Program-made: the position numbers and the translations under genes
Shown here: piece after piece, positions 50,601-61,327 of the stretch
How positions within the stretch are numbered: position 1 is the first letter of the stretch
How the letters are laid out: each line of letters opens with the position of its first letter
Assembly: GCA_973895155.1 (NCBI GenBank)
Contig: OZ316894.1
Coordinates: forward strand, 1,216,953-1,280,952
DNA length: 64,000 nt
Direction: 5' to 3'
From: Marsupella aquatica
Taxonomy: Eukaryota; Plantae; Marchantiophyta
Notes under the pieces: model-generated
Seen by the model: the letters and a program-made list of their open reading frames with translations, nothing else
What the model was told of the DNA's origin: nothing
Databases searched by the model: none

Positions 50601-53600
50601 AACAACCAGACAGTTAACAGAAAAGATTTGCATTGAGATATCTGTGCTTAGCTTACGCACTCTGCCCTTTCAAATGAATTACTTTCTAACCCAAATTGGT
50701 TGCATGTACAGGCAACTTACGGTCAGTGTTATCTTAGAAGCTAATGGTAGGACAAGGTTATGGTCTATAACTGGAAATAGATACTGCAAACCGAGCACCA
50801 TATATTGTGTAAGCCTATCCGAAGTAATGCACAATCAAGATTTCCAAGTATACGCAACAAGGGCTGCAAGGGGAGGCTTACTGCTGACTCCTTTCAGTAA
50901 AGATAGCACTAAACCATCGATGCCATCAAGAGCTGCCTTGTTCATGGGCACCAAGCATAGACCAAGAGCCGCAGTCAGATCTGCACCCTCTGAGTCAAGT
51001 AACAACAAGAATGGCCAAACGAATAGAAGAAATAATATCAACTTTACCATCAACGTGTACAAAAGAACGAAATGTCAAAAGCATTGTGAAAGCAGGAACT
51101 ATGATTGGTTTAGAGGAGTTGATTATTTCTCACGATACACATATAAAGCACATATTAGGTTCAACAAGGATACAAGCTTGCTGCTGGACTGATGCAGACT
51201 GAATGAACTCCTTTGCAGCCCATTCCTCTGCCAAACGCCGCACAACATTTTTCTGAAGTTTGCTTCCACTTCCTTCAGGTTGCACCCACTGGTCTGAAGC
51301 AGGTGGAGATTGTAGGATAGCAAAATCAAGGATCCATTTCAAGCACCGAATTGGGAGAATTTTTGCAAAAAGGAACTTCTCAGTAAACATGCTCCTACAA
51401 GAATACCATCAGGATCAAAATGTTGAAACTTGTCTAGGCCACATGAAAAGCAAAATTTGATCCATAGAAGATTTAAATTTTAAACTAGGAAGCAAAATAT
51501 GACAGGCCCACGCATTCCATATGAGAAACTAAAGCTATGTCGTAAACTAGTTTACATTTGTTACCAAGCAGAGAATATCCATCAAGAGAACACTGTTGTT
51601 TCTATGAAGATATTCGAACGATTTCCGTAGAACAGCTAAGGATAAATATCCGTATACATCAATTAAGCTAAATCACCCCTTATTACATCTTATTGACTTC
51701 AATTAATACACATTATCTGAAGACTCGCAGAAAGGAAGCATGCAACCTTAGTACAGCTGATAGAAAATTCTTCATAAGAATCGAGCCACTTTTCTTACTT
51801 CGGACTATGACGAAGCTTGATAACAGCTGCCAACAATTTAGCGCTATCTAGATACCCCTTTGTTGTCACTACAGACGAGGCATACCTTGTGGTGGCCCGC
51901 TCTTTGAATAGTTTCCCATAGAGAGTATGCAGACCGCAACTGGCTTGCCAGTCTGTGACATCTGCTCTGCTTCCTATTTCTCTTATCAAAGCTTCTGAAA
52001 GCCGTTCTAAAGCATGAGAATCTGTGATCGAAGCTGCTAGCGAGGGCCAGAAGCTCATCTGTAGCTTCTCAACAAAATCCTCGAAAGACAGGAGAGAATG
52101 GTGGTTTTCAGCATTTACGCAACTTCTTGTGGCGTTGTGCACATGCTGCATTAGCGACGGAACCATCTGGGAAGCAATTACATCTGGTCCATGACATGAA
52201 TCAGAACGTGTAGAGAACTAAGGTACCTCGAAGAAGGTTCTTGTAGAATAATTGAAAAGTCGGGCGTCTCTGTAGCTATAGCAATCTCATAGAGCTTTAA
52301 TTGAATTCTGTATTTGAGCTTCAAACATCCCTCACCTGAATGACCACGTCTGCATAGCCCTCCAATGACTTCCCCAACAAACTTAGGGGTCTCGGTATTC
52401 GAGGATGATAGAGAAGAAGAGTCACTTTGAGAAACAGAAATCCAATTTTCTTCTGCCGCACCTAGTAGCTGTGATACAACGGATTGTATATAGAAGCTAT
52501 GTGACTGTTAAGAAGAATCGTGTTGCACCTGAGACATTTGGCTTGGTGGTTATACTGCCATGCATTTGGACAACTGGTGTGTTGGTGACCTATTAATGAC
52601 CCCAAGATAACGAAACCAAAAACACAGAAGAAATCTTTCATGGACAACCAAACCTAATGTCGAAATACATTTGCACGCATCAGACACGGACAAACGCCCA
52701 GAAAAAGATAGCACAAAAGACGTTTCCATACAGCATGTGTTACCCGTCCCCATCGAATATAAAAGTATCTTAGCAAAAAAGACATTGAGTAAATAGCTTC
52801 ATATGAACGGAGCTTAAATCAGACAAGATGAAGGATACGGAGACTGCAAAGCTGCTGGAGCTTGTGAACTAGTTCTGTCTGGCATTGACGATAACAACTG
52901 AGCCAGCTGTGAATTCTTGTGAAGATAGGTCGCTAGCGTAACCCTGCGAATGGAACCTGCTTCTAGGAGTCCAACATTCGGTGAAGAAAATGAGAGAGCT
53001 AGCTTCTTCACGCCTTGCCCAGAGATAAAAATCAGATCCAGTAGCCTGCACATAAAGAATGGAATCATCGTATCAATTCATGCAGTTCAAATTTCAATGA
53101 TGGTAAGAATACGAATTCGTAGAAAGAGGCTGCAGAAATATGATCATTACATAACCTTACCAGCCCCATCCACGAAGATAAAAGCCAAATAAATATCCTT
53201 TTTCCGGTGCTAATTCTGACTGGCAAGTAGGTGTAGGAGCGTCAAGAGGCAGCAGATTCAAGAGCGTAGACACCGAAAGTCAGAGTTTACAGGTTAACCT
53301 TTCAGATTGAGCACACGCGGCACTAAGGCTGCCAGCTGCAAAGTCGCTTTCATCATCCTCAGAAGCTTCGTTGAAACTTAGCCCCGATACCAAGGCGGAT
53401 AGGACTTCACTTAGAGGTGCTTGTATGAAGAAATTGTCAAACAAAGTGGTCTGCTCCAATAACGAAAAGCATGCCAGCCAGTCCACAGCAACCTCTGCGA
53501 CCAAAGTCAATGTTTATATTCCACACACTTGCGATAGTTGTACCGGACCTAGCACGTCAGGTTGCTTTCTACAATTTTTAAGAGCATTTCGTTTTTAAAT

Positions 53601-54877
53601 TCCGTTACAAGCTTGAAAAGTGCATGACGTCTCCTGATGTTTTTAGACATTCTTTGGCCTGTATAAGTGAAGAAGCGGCAAGGGATGGTTCTCACTGCGG
53701 AGCAGAAGCTGAGCCACAGCTGCAAAACATGGTCCGTTGTAAAAAGCTCGACTAAGAATCTCTTCCGAAGGACTCTTGGGAAAAGCTTGTAATACGTTTT
53801 CCAGACAAAGAGTTGAAATCTGTAACAAAAATCACGACATTGGACCACATCCAGACCTGATTCATTGAAGAGCAACCAAAGAATAAACACGACATGCCTA
53901 ACGGACATTAGTTTAAACCTTCTGATACTTGCTGTAAACACAGAAAATACGACAGGCAACAACATCTCTAAGCTGACACGAAAACGGATCTCGCACAATC
54001 TATGACGGAGGTTCTGTATCCCTTGTCTTCACAACATACATTCGTGTAACGGCACGGATTTAAAAAGAATAAAAAAGTATAAGATAGTACTTACCTCATC
54101 CAAAGTTGGGAGACTCGCAGGCTTTCTATCTGGAGACGCCTCGTCGAAAGTCTTTAGAGAATCAAGACTCTCAGCCTTGGTATCTGAACAATCAACGAAA
54201 ACAGACTCAGAAATGAAGACAAAGCGAGATCAGCAAGCATGAATCTGTGCACGCCATAAAAACCCCTTTTTTGTGAGGAGACGTGCTACCCATGCCAGTT
54301 ACCTACGATACTTAAGGCGCGAATTCATTCCTGCACTCTATCACCTGGCATGGATAGAAGGGTCACAAGCGAGAGACAAAATGAACGGAAGGAAAGCCCC
54401 TCCGCAGATTCAGTAAATTTGCTGCCTGACCATCGACAATTCTTTGAGAGATTAACCACGTTAGAGCCAGAAATTTCTCACCCTAAGGGACAGTACTTTC
54501 TCTCACCTAATCAAAACATCTCCTTCAGAGATCCTTCCAACTTGAAATTACAGGCAGCTAGTAAACTACATTCGTAAACAATAATGTGTTGATTTATAGT
54601 CTGTCGAGCTCATTGTTAACAAAATATCATTACCTCTTGGACGCTGTTTAGTTTCCAAAAAGGTCCCATCAGGAGGACTTTTAAGCCCTAAACCCTGGAA
54701 CTCGAAACAAATGAAAAGAGACCCACCTCCAATGTCTTGTCCTTCATCTTTGGTCTTTCGCAGAAGAGAGGCCAGCTGACGCAGCGCTCTTGTCACTTGC
54801 ACAACATCGTCCGCAGAGTTGATGAGGCGCCCGACCTCCGCTACGAGTTTCCACAGAGCTGATTGCACTTCCTCCAT
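47673..54877 (-). CDS. TEL2: Telomere length regulation protein TEL2 homolog (TTT complex), about 14 exons
   Basis: Exons translate to MEEVQSALWKLVAEVGRLINSADDVVQVTRALRQLASLL, VAVDWLACF, FVGEVIGGLCRRGHS, EFIQSASVQQQAYLTAALGLCL, the acidic DSELQPYDLSDDEDD motif, QHVDVSQRILILD, NRFAPLAAAFMLPVM...DLLGRDF and ACVQLHSEMALQ. Approximate exons: 54877-54727, 54183-54095, 53819-53685, 53493-53300, 53046-52839, 52496-52336, 52167-51887, 51396-51174, 50980-50882, 50579-50052, 49711-49435, 49189-48652, 48426-48226, 47807-47673. Confidence 0.93.
50981..51173 (-). other. U12-type (minor spliceosome) GT-AG intron in TEL2
   Basis: Donor GTATCCTT, branch-like TTACTTGAC about 13 nt before the end of the intron. 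Splicing restores QQQAYLTAALGLC. Confidence 0.85.
52497..52838 (-). other. U12-type (minor spliceosome) GT-AG intron in TEL2
   Basis: Donor GTATCCTT, branch TTCTTAAC about 10 nt before the end of the intron, with no pyrimidine tract. Splicing restores ALQSPFYIQSVVSQLL. Confidence 0.88.
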
Positions 54878-55020
54878 CGCTCCCTAATTTCTCTGCGTAC
54901 GTAAATTGCAGCTGCCGCTATCCCTGGAGTTTGATTTTGAAGCCTCCATCTCTGCCTAGTTTCTATGTGCACGTAAATTGCAGCTTCCGCTGTTCCTAGA
55001 GTTCGATTTTAAAGCCCATG
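54871..55020 (-). repeat. About 70-72-bp tandem duplication covering the TEL2 5'UTR and start codon
   Basis: TTTCT(C/A)TG..(T/C)ACGTAAATTGCAGCT.CCGCT...GAGTT.GATTTT.AAGCC occurs twice. Each unit ends in ...GATGGAGG on the minus strand. Confidence 0.8.
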
Positions 55021-55938
55021 GAGCAGCTTGAAAGGATGGCGTGGTGAGTTGTGAAGAGCTTTCGAGAGTGGAAATGCAACATCATAGGGGTGGAAACTGG
55101 GAAGTCGAGGGAAGCCCGTAAAGCCCTCACGGAACACGATTTTCCAGGCCCAAGAAGAAATTTATTTTCAGACTCGACTGGGTCCAGTTGCTCGTAGTCG
55201 GGTTGCGATCAAGATTTCTCCGAGAGTACGAAACGGTTCAAGACCCTCCATAGCTCGTCGGAAAGAGAGGTGAGTGAGTGTTCTAACAAGCCAATTTGCG
55301 CTTGATTCCGATCAGAATTGAGAAAGCTATGAATCCCGCAAGCAGCCCAGGTCTGTGTGTCTGTCATGTGTTTCCTTTGCTCCACGTTCAACTTCGTCCG
55401 GGAGTTTCTTTCGGCTCCAGACTCTTACAATGGAATCGGGCTTGACACACCGTCTTACGGTAACGTGTCTTCGTCGATCGACATGTTGGAACCGTCGATC
55501 TGGGACATCGAATGATCTACACCGTCGATGTGTGAGATCGACTTGTTAACACCGTCGATGGGTGATGACACTCGTGACATGTTTACGGCGTACCATAGTA
55601 ATAGTGAGGGCAAAGGCCGTTGGCGCAGGCAAGAGACGGGCGGGAAGGTCTGTTTTGGTTTCCCCGTCTTGGTGTTGTCTGGTCCAGTAAATCTTTGGTT
55701 CTTGGTTTCCTTTGTATTTTTACTTGGGTTTAGAAAACATCATTAATGGGGCATTATTCACCCCTACCCCAATCTTGCAAATGGGGGCAAACTCCATCCG
55801 CCTCACCCTCTTTACAAGGGTGAGCGTACCTGGAGAAAAAAGTGGGCGAATAGAAATGCACTCTAATTTCCCCCTCCTTCCTTCCTTCCCTTACATCAAC
55901 CTCTGGCTGTGGGGCTTATCCTGGACTCATGGAAATTG

Positions 55939-56110
55939 ATAGAACAAAACAGATAAATTCAATTTTGAATTTATGCTTTAAAAACTTCTTTGCACGTGGG
56001 CATCAGAAGATAAATCTCATGTGTATAGAACAAAACAGATAAATTCAATTTGGAATTTATGCTTTAAAAACTTCTTTGCCCTTGGGAATCAAAAGATAAA
56101 TCTCATGTGT
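55939..56110. repeat. Tandem duplication of about 86 bp
   Basis: ATAGAACAAAACAGATAAATTCAATTT.GAATTTATGCTTTAAAAACTTCTTTGC...GATAAATCTCATGTGT occurs twice. Confidence 0.92.
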
Positions 56111-56199
56111 ACAACTGTAGCACACCCGCCAACTTTAGGGGTTAGTCTTGGCCGTATCTGCTAGTCCCCAATTAGATTCAACACCTGAAAAGTAATGTT

Positions 56200-56448
56200 T
56201 GTCAGCAATGCCGCCAAGTTAGGAAGGAAGCATCAAGCCTGCTAAACCTATGCCACTCATTTCCAACTCGACCTCCAAACTCCCAACATGGCAATTTACA
56301 ATATTACTAGATTTTAGATTCCAGGCCATTGATTAAAACGGATCTATACCCAGGGACTCATTTGGACTGTTGATGCTAATTGCTATAGTAGTGGCATAGG
56401 TCTAGCGGGTGTGCTACTTCCTCCCTAATTTGGCGGCATTGCCGACAG
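56200..56448. mobile_element. Foldback/MITE-like element with ~59-bp inverted arms
   Basis: TGTCAGCAATGCCGCCAAGTTAGGAAGGAAG...CCTATGCCACT (56200-56258) pairs with AGTGGCATAGG...CTTCCTCCCTAATTTGGCGGCATTGCCGACA (~56389-56447). Confidence 0.7.
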
Positions 56449-57279
56449 GCACAACTTTGTCAATCTGAAACCATTGTCTCTGAATTGCCATGTCGCTTCG
56501 GCTTGACAATCACATCTAGCTCATGGCAAAGTTGCCGCAGTTGGGAGCCAAGCGGTAAGTTGGAGCCCAACAGAGGATGATGACCATAACAATGGCAAGA
56601 TTTGACAACTTTCTTTGCCTGCCTACCTGCTTGCCTGCTTGCCTGCTTGCCGACTGATCCCTCGGCTGATAGATCTGAGTGATGTGGTCTTGCTAGACTT
56701 CTTGGCAAAGAAGGTTAGTGATTTATTGCTCTCCATCATCCTGCACCTCAATTAATTCTCTCAGCCTTTCATTACAGTCTGGTCCATGCTTATGTCCTGT
56801 GACACAATGACTATTCAAATTGCATATCTTCATGCTCTTGGTTAACCTACCGTGTGTTGATGATCCTTCTGTAAGGTTTGGGCCTTCTCTTGACTGACTT
56901 CTTAATGTTGCAGCAGGCTGTACATAAGATTGGATGAGGAACACAAGACCAATTTGATCTATCTATGAAGAGCGACAAGCCAGAAGAAGAATTTGACATG
57001 TATAGACTTGACGAGCAGGCTGACCTGACCATTTTGCAGCATCAGTGGCGGCAAAGTTAGAACCAGAGAATAATCCTTTGATTGGGCTCCATCTTAAAGT
57101 CAGCAATCCAGCTGACCTTTTCACTACAACTCCACAAGAAGTGTGAGGCCAATTTGCTTCAAGGCTTATTGTACATGATGGGCTCATTGGATCATCGTTC
57201 ACCTTACCACAAGGTTCTTACTAGAAGAAAATATAAAACAACAGTCTGCAATACTAGCAATCATTCCTCAGAGCATCAG

Positions 57280-60200
57280 ATGAGGATGATGGTGTTGGCG
57301 ATGTTAGTTTTTCTTGTTGCAGCTACCGGACACATCCTAGTGGGTGTGGCAGCCACGCCAGACTTAACTCAAGATAGTGGCTTTTGTTCAGAGATTATCG
57401 AGCCATATCTCTTGTACAACTGCACAGAGTATAATGTATGATCTTTTCTCAATCCAACTTGGACATAATCTTTTCATCACACTCCCATGATTCATACAAG
57501 ATCTATTTGGAATAAACAGATAATAAGGATGACTGCTGCCAGATCAGTCAATGAGCACTTTCTTTATCCAACAAAATTGAAGGATGCATGGTTAGCATTG
57601 TGTTAATACTTAATCCAACTAATTATTCCAATTGGGCTAGTTGAATTAAGGTTAGCTCACTTCCAATCGGCCACTCTTAATGTACATTGAGGATCCTTTA
57701 CTTTAATCAGTTTAAACTCTCCAAGATATTGTTGTGTATCTTCCTCCACTATTTGAGCAATGCACTGTCATCTACATAATTTAAGCACAACATATTGCCC
57801 AAAAAATAGTTTGCACTTCTAGCCTACAAACAATTCAATGTATATTTTGTATAAGCTTATGTATGTGAGTACAATAGACAATCATAGTATTAAAGGCCTG
57901 CATCTTCAGTTCATTTGAACCAAGCACGATGTGGTTTGTTAATCAAACCCATTGTTGTGCAGGGCCTGCAAGATGGCATTCCTGACCTTAGCAAACACAT
58001 GGAACCATCCAAACAATCTACTTGTAGCTATCAAGAATACCATGTTTGCACAGTAGTAGCAACAGGATCGTGCGAATCACATGTTGCTCATGTAGAGTGT
58101 GGTTGCAATGACTAAGAGAACCCCTATGAGATAAATCTACAAGACTGCACAATATATGATGTGTTAAGGTAGCCAAAGTTGAAATTAATGCAGATCATAC
58201 CTTTTAAAATTTAGGGTCTTATGAATTTATACATTTTGCAGACATGCCTCATTGACCAAGTCAAGTTCTAATTGTCATGCATGCCTTCTACTTGTACAGC
58301 ATTTTGCAGCCATGACCATGCAGATTTCTTCATCCCCTACCAATTACTTACAAAGAGTGATGTTGTGGCTATGTTGTAGGTGAAAACATTTGATGGGTTC
58401 TTATTGTCAATACAACTTATCCAGCTCCAGGGCTCTACAGTCAACCAGTCTCGAGGCGATGTGCTCTTCTTGCACCCTTCTATTCTAGGCGGAAGTAGCT
58501 GGTTCCTTACCAGCACCCCAACTCCATTGGCCATTGCAGATGCTGGGTACTCAGTTTGGATTGGAAACACCCGATCTACACAATTCTCCTTTGGACATGT
58601 TGTACTCAGCCCAACCCAACAGGTGCAATATCATCTACTCTCATCAAATTCTTTTTGAATTAAAGACTCAACGAGTTTATACTTTTTCAGGGTTTATTAC
58701 TTTACATCTGATTAATACATGAAAGAAGGTTATGGTAGCTAAGTTTGCCATCATCCAATATGTGATACAAACATTGAGACCATTGGCAAGCAAGAGTGAT
58801 TAGTCAGGGAGATCATATCAAAAACACTACTTCAGGAAATATTATGAAGAAAGTGTAGCTCATAGAGTTACATTCATTTGGCTTCTTGTGCAGGAATACT
58901 GGAACTGGGACATGGATGAGTTGGCTAACTACGACTTGCCTTCCTTCCTTGATTTTGTGTACAGTGCAACTAATGGCCGCAAGTTTCACTTTGTCGGCTA
59001 TTCTCAGGTTGACACCTCTATAGAAGTAACACTTGAGGACCTTAGACTACTAACACTAATATTCCTTCCTGTGGTTGATTAGCTAGCTACATGGGTACAT
59101 TTTTTAGACAAAAGCAGCAAAAACAGAATTCATGACCAAAAACCGCTTTCAAAATCTCATGTCATGCACTGCATGCATAATGCTCCTCATCTTACAGTAA
59201 TCTGTTGTTCCGCATCTGTGACCTTCGTCACTCAACTTCTAGTGTGAAACCATGGACAATTGATGTCATCTGTAAACAGTAGTTTAACTTGAATAATCAA
59301 TTTGGTTTTCAACTGCTAGGGAGCAAGAGTTGGCCTTGGCACAATCAGCTACCAATGGAATCGAGCTGCCATGATGGCATCTGTTAGTCTCTTGGCTCCA
59401 GTGGTGTATATGCAAAATACTCTCTCTCGAGTCCTAATTGCAATGAACTACACTGATATGGCTGAGGTATGTAACCATTCTCTTCTTGTTGTCCATCTCT
59501 TTGTGCTTGCATAGCTTTTGTCACTAACTTCCATCACTTCTGGCATAAATACCTTCATTTCTGGTCCAAAATATATTGTTAATATATGCTAGGCTACAAG
59601 AGATCATGCACAACTCCCAAAGCAGGTCTGTAAACAGCTACATGGTCTGCTGTCCCCACTAGGTGTCCATGCCATCCTATATAAATTCATCTATAAATTA
59701 TTTTAACATTCTTTTGGCCTCTCATATCTTACTTTATTTGCAAAAAACTTCTCTTAACACTTTGATTGCTCTCCAAAGAATCATAGTGAAGAACAGTTGA
59801 TGACTCTCTATGGGTTAAGCCTTGGTCTGGTTCGATTAAAAACAAAGTTAATACAGGTCCAATTGCAAGCTGATTACTATGTAAACAATAGTACTAAAAC
59901 CAAAGGATCATTGATACTACCTTGAAAATAAGTGGAGGGTCACAGCCCATGCTTGCAGGATTGCAAACTAGTTTGTCTTACATTCTGAAAATTTGGCCCC
60001 ACAGCTAGGTTATCATCTGGGCGCTGGAAAAGTCAATTTCTCTACGTAAGTCCTTCCATTCCATATGATTGTGAAGCCCTTTCTTTTAATTTTAATCACC
60101 AAAGTTAACTCCTACCTTAGGTAAGATACATAATGACTTTACTTTAAATTCTGTATTAGTAGCTGGCAGTCAACAGATGTCCTAGACCTACATCAAGTTT

Positions 60201-61327
60201 GGTTCAGCTGATGAAGTTAGTGTAGTTTGTGAGAAGATGTCAATTTAATGTCAATCTAAGGTCATTTGCTTTGGCTGGCATGCAGGCTTGTGGGTGAGAC
60301 CATTCCTACGGATACTAAGGAGATTCATGACCTTGAAAATGAATTCCTTTGCCAACTCACAGGTACCTTTCAGCGTTCCCTGCGTATTTCAGTCTACTTC
60401 TAATATGTGAAGTGTTTTGGAATATGAACTTTAATCTATTAAGGGTCATCTCACTATCTTGGATCAAACTTGTACATTGACATTATTGATTCCCACAAAA
60501 TAAATTTGGCAAGAAATCATAAAGTGTCCAAAGACCTTGGAATACAATTTTGTGGCACACTCTATGATTTTGGAAACTCAGGACAATGATGTGATGGATA
60601 TGAACAGGGCCCAATTGCTGCGTGGATCCACATGTGGCATATGCTGCACTGACCGGACCCTACTCTTTCACAACATTTAAAAATTTGGCACATCTTACGC
60701 AGAGTATTTGTCATTTCCCTTTTATTGATTTTCTTTGGCCAGTGTTTGCATGCTACCTTTTGGTATATTAATTGGTGATTTTATTTTATTTTGAGTGCAG
60801 AATTGGTCTCCCACTTGCGTAGATAATTACTAGCATAGAGGCAATTTTGACTCTCGATCATCATATTTTAGTATTAATAAGAAGCTGGTGCAACATCCAA
60901 ATTGAAGCACAACCATTAATTGAACATTGTAGAAGGCTGGGCCCAATTCATTGCAACTCCTCTTTGATCTAATTTTTTAAAATGATGATCAATATGGTGA
61001 ATTGCAGGTATGAGAAGTGAGGTTTTTATGGCATACGATTATGGTTCCGATAATGCAAACACTGAGGTATACCAGAGTATAATACCTCCAAAGTACAAGT
61101 TCCATGAAATCCCAGTGACAATCCCAATATTTGTCCTGTATGGTGGAAATGATCGGCTATCATCACCAACAGATATTTACAACATGATGTCTCTACTTCC
61201 ATCTCAGCCGCAGATTCTGTTTAATCCCAATTATGCCCATTTGGACTACCTGTTGAGCAGTGCAATGATGCAGGACGTCAATCTCCCTCTTCTTGACTTC
61301 ATTGGGAAATACAACAATGTATGGTGA
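57280..61327 (+). CDS. Secreted triacylglycerol lipase (acid lipase, LIP1/LIP2-like), 8 exons: 57280-57435, 58380-58622, 58894-59007, 59320-59466, 60005-60045, 60286-60362, 60608-60703, 61008-61327
   Basis: Signal peptide MMVLAMLVFLVAA. Motifs CTEYN|VKTFDGFLL, ADAGYSVWIGNTR, YWNWDMDELANYDLP, nucleophile GYSQ|G, LLAPV, TGPNCC, AYDYGS, GGNDRLS (Asp) and YAHLDY (His). All introns are GT-AG and phases are consistent. Confidence 0.92.
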
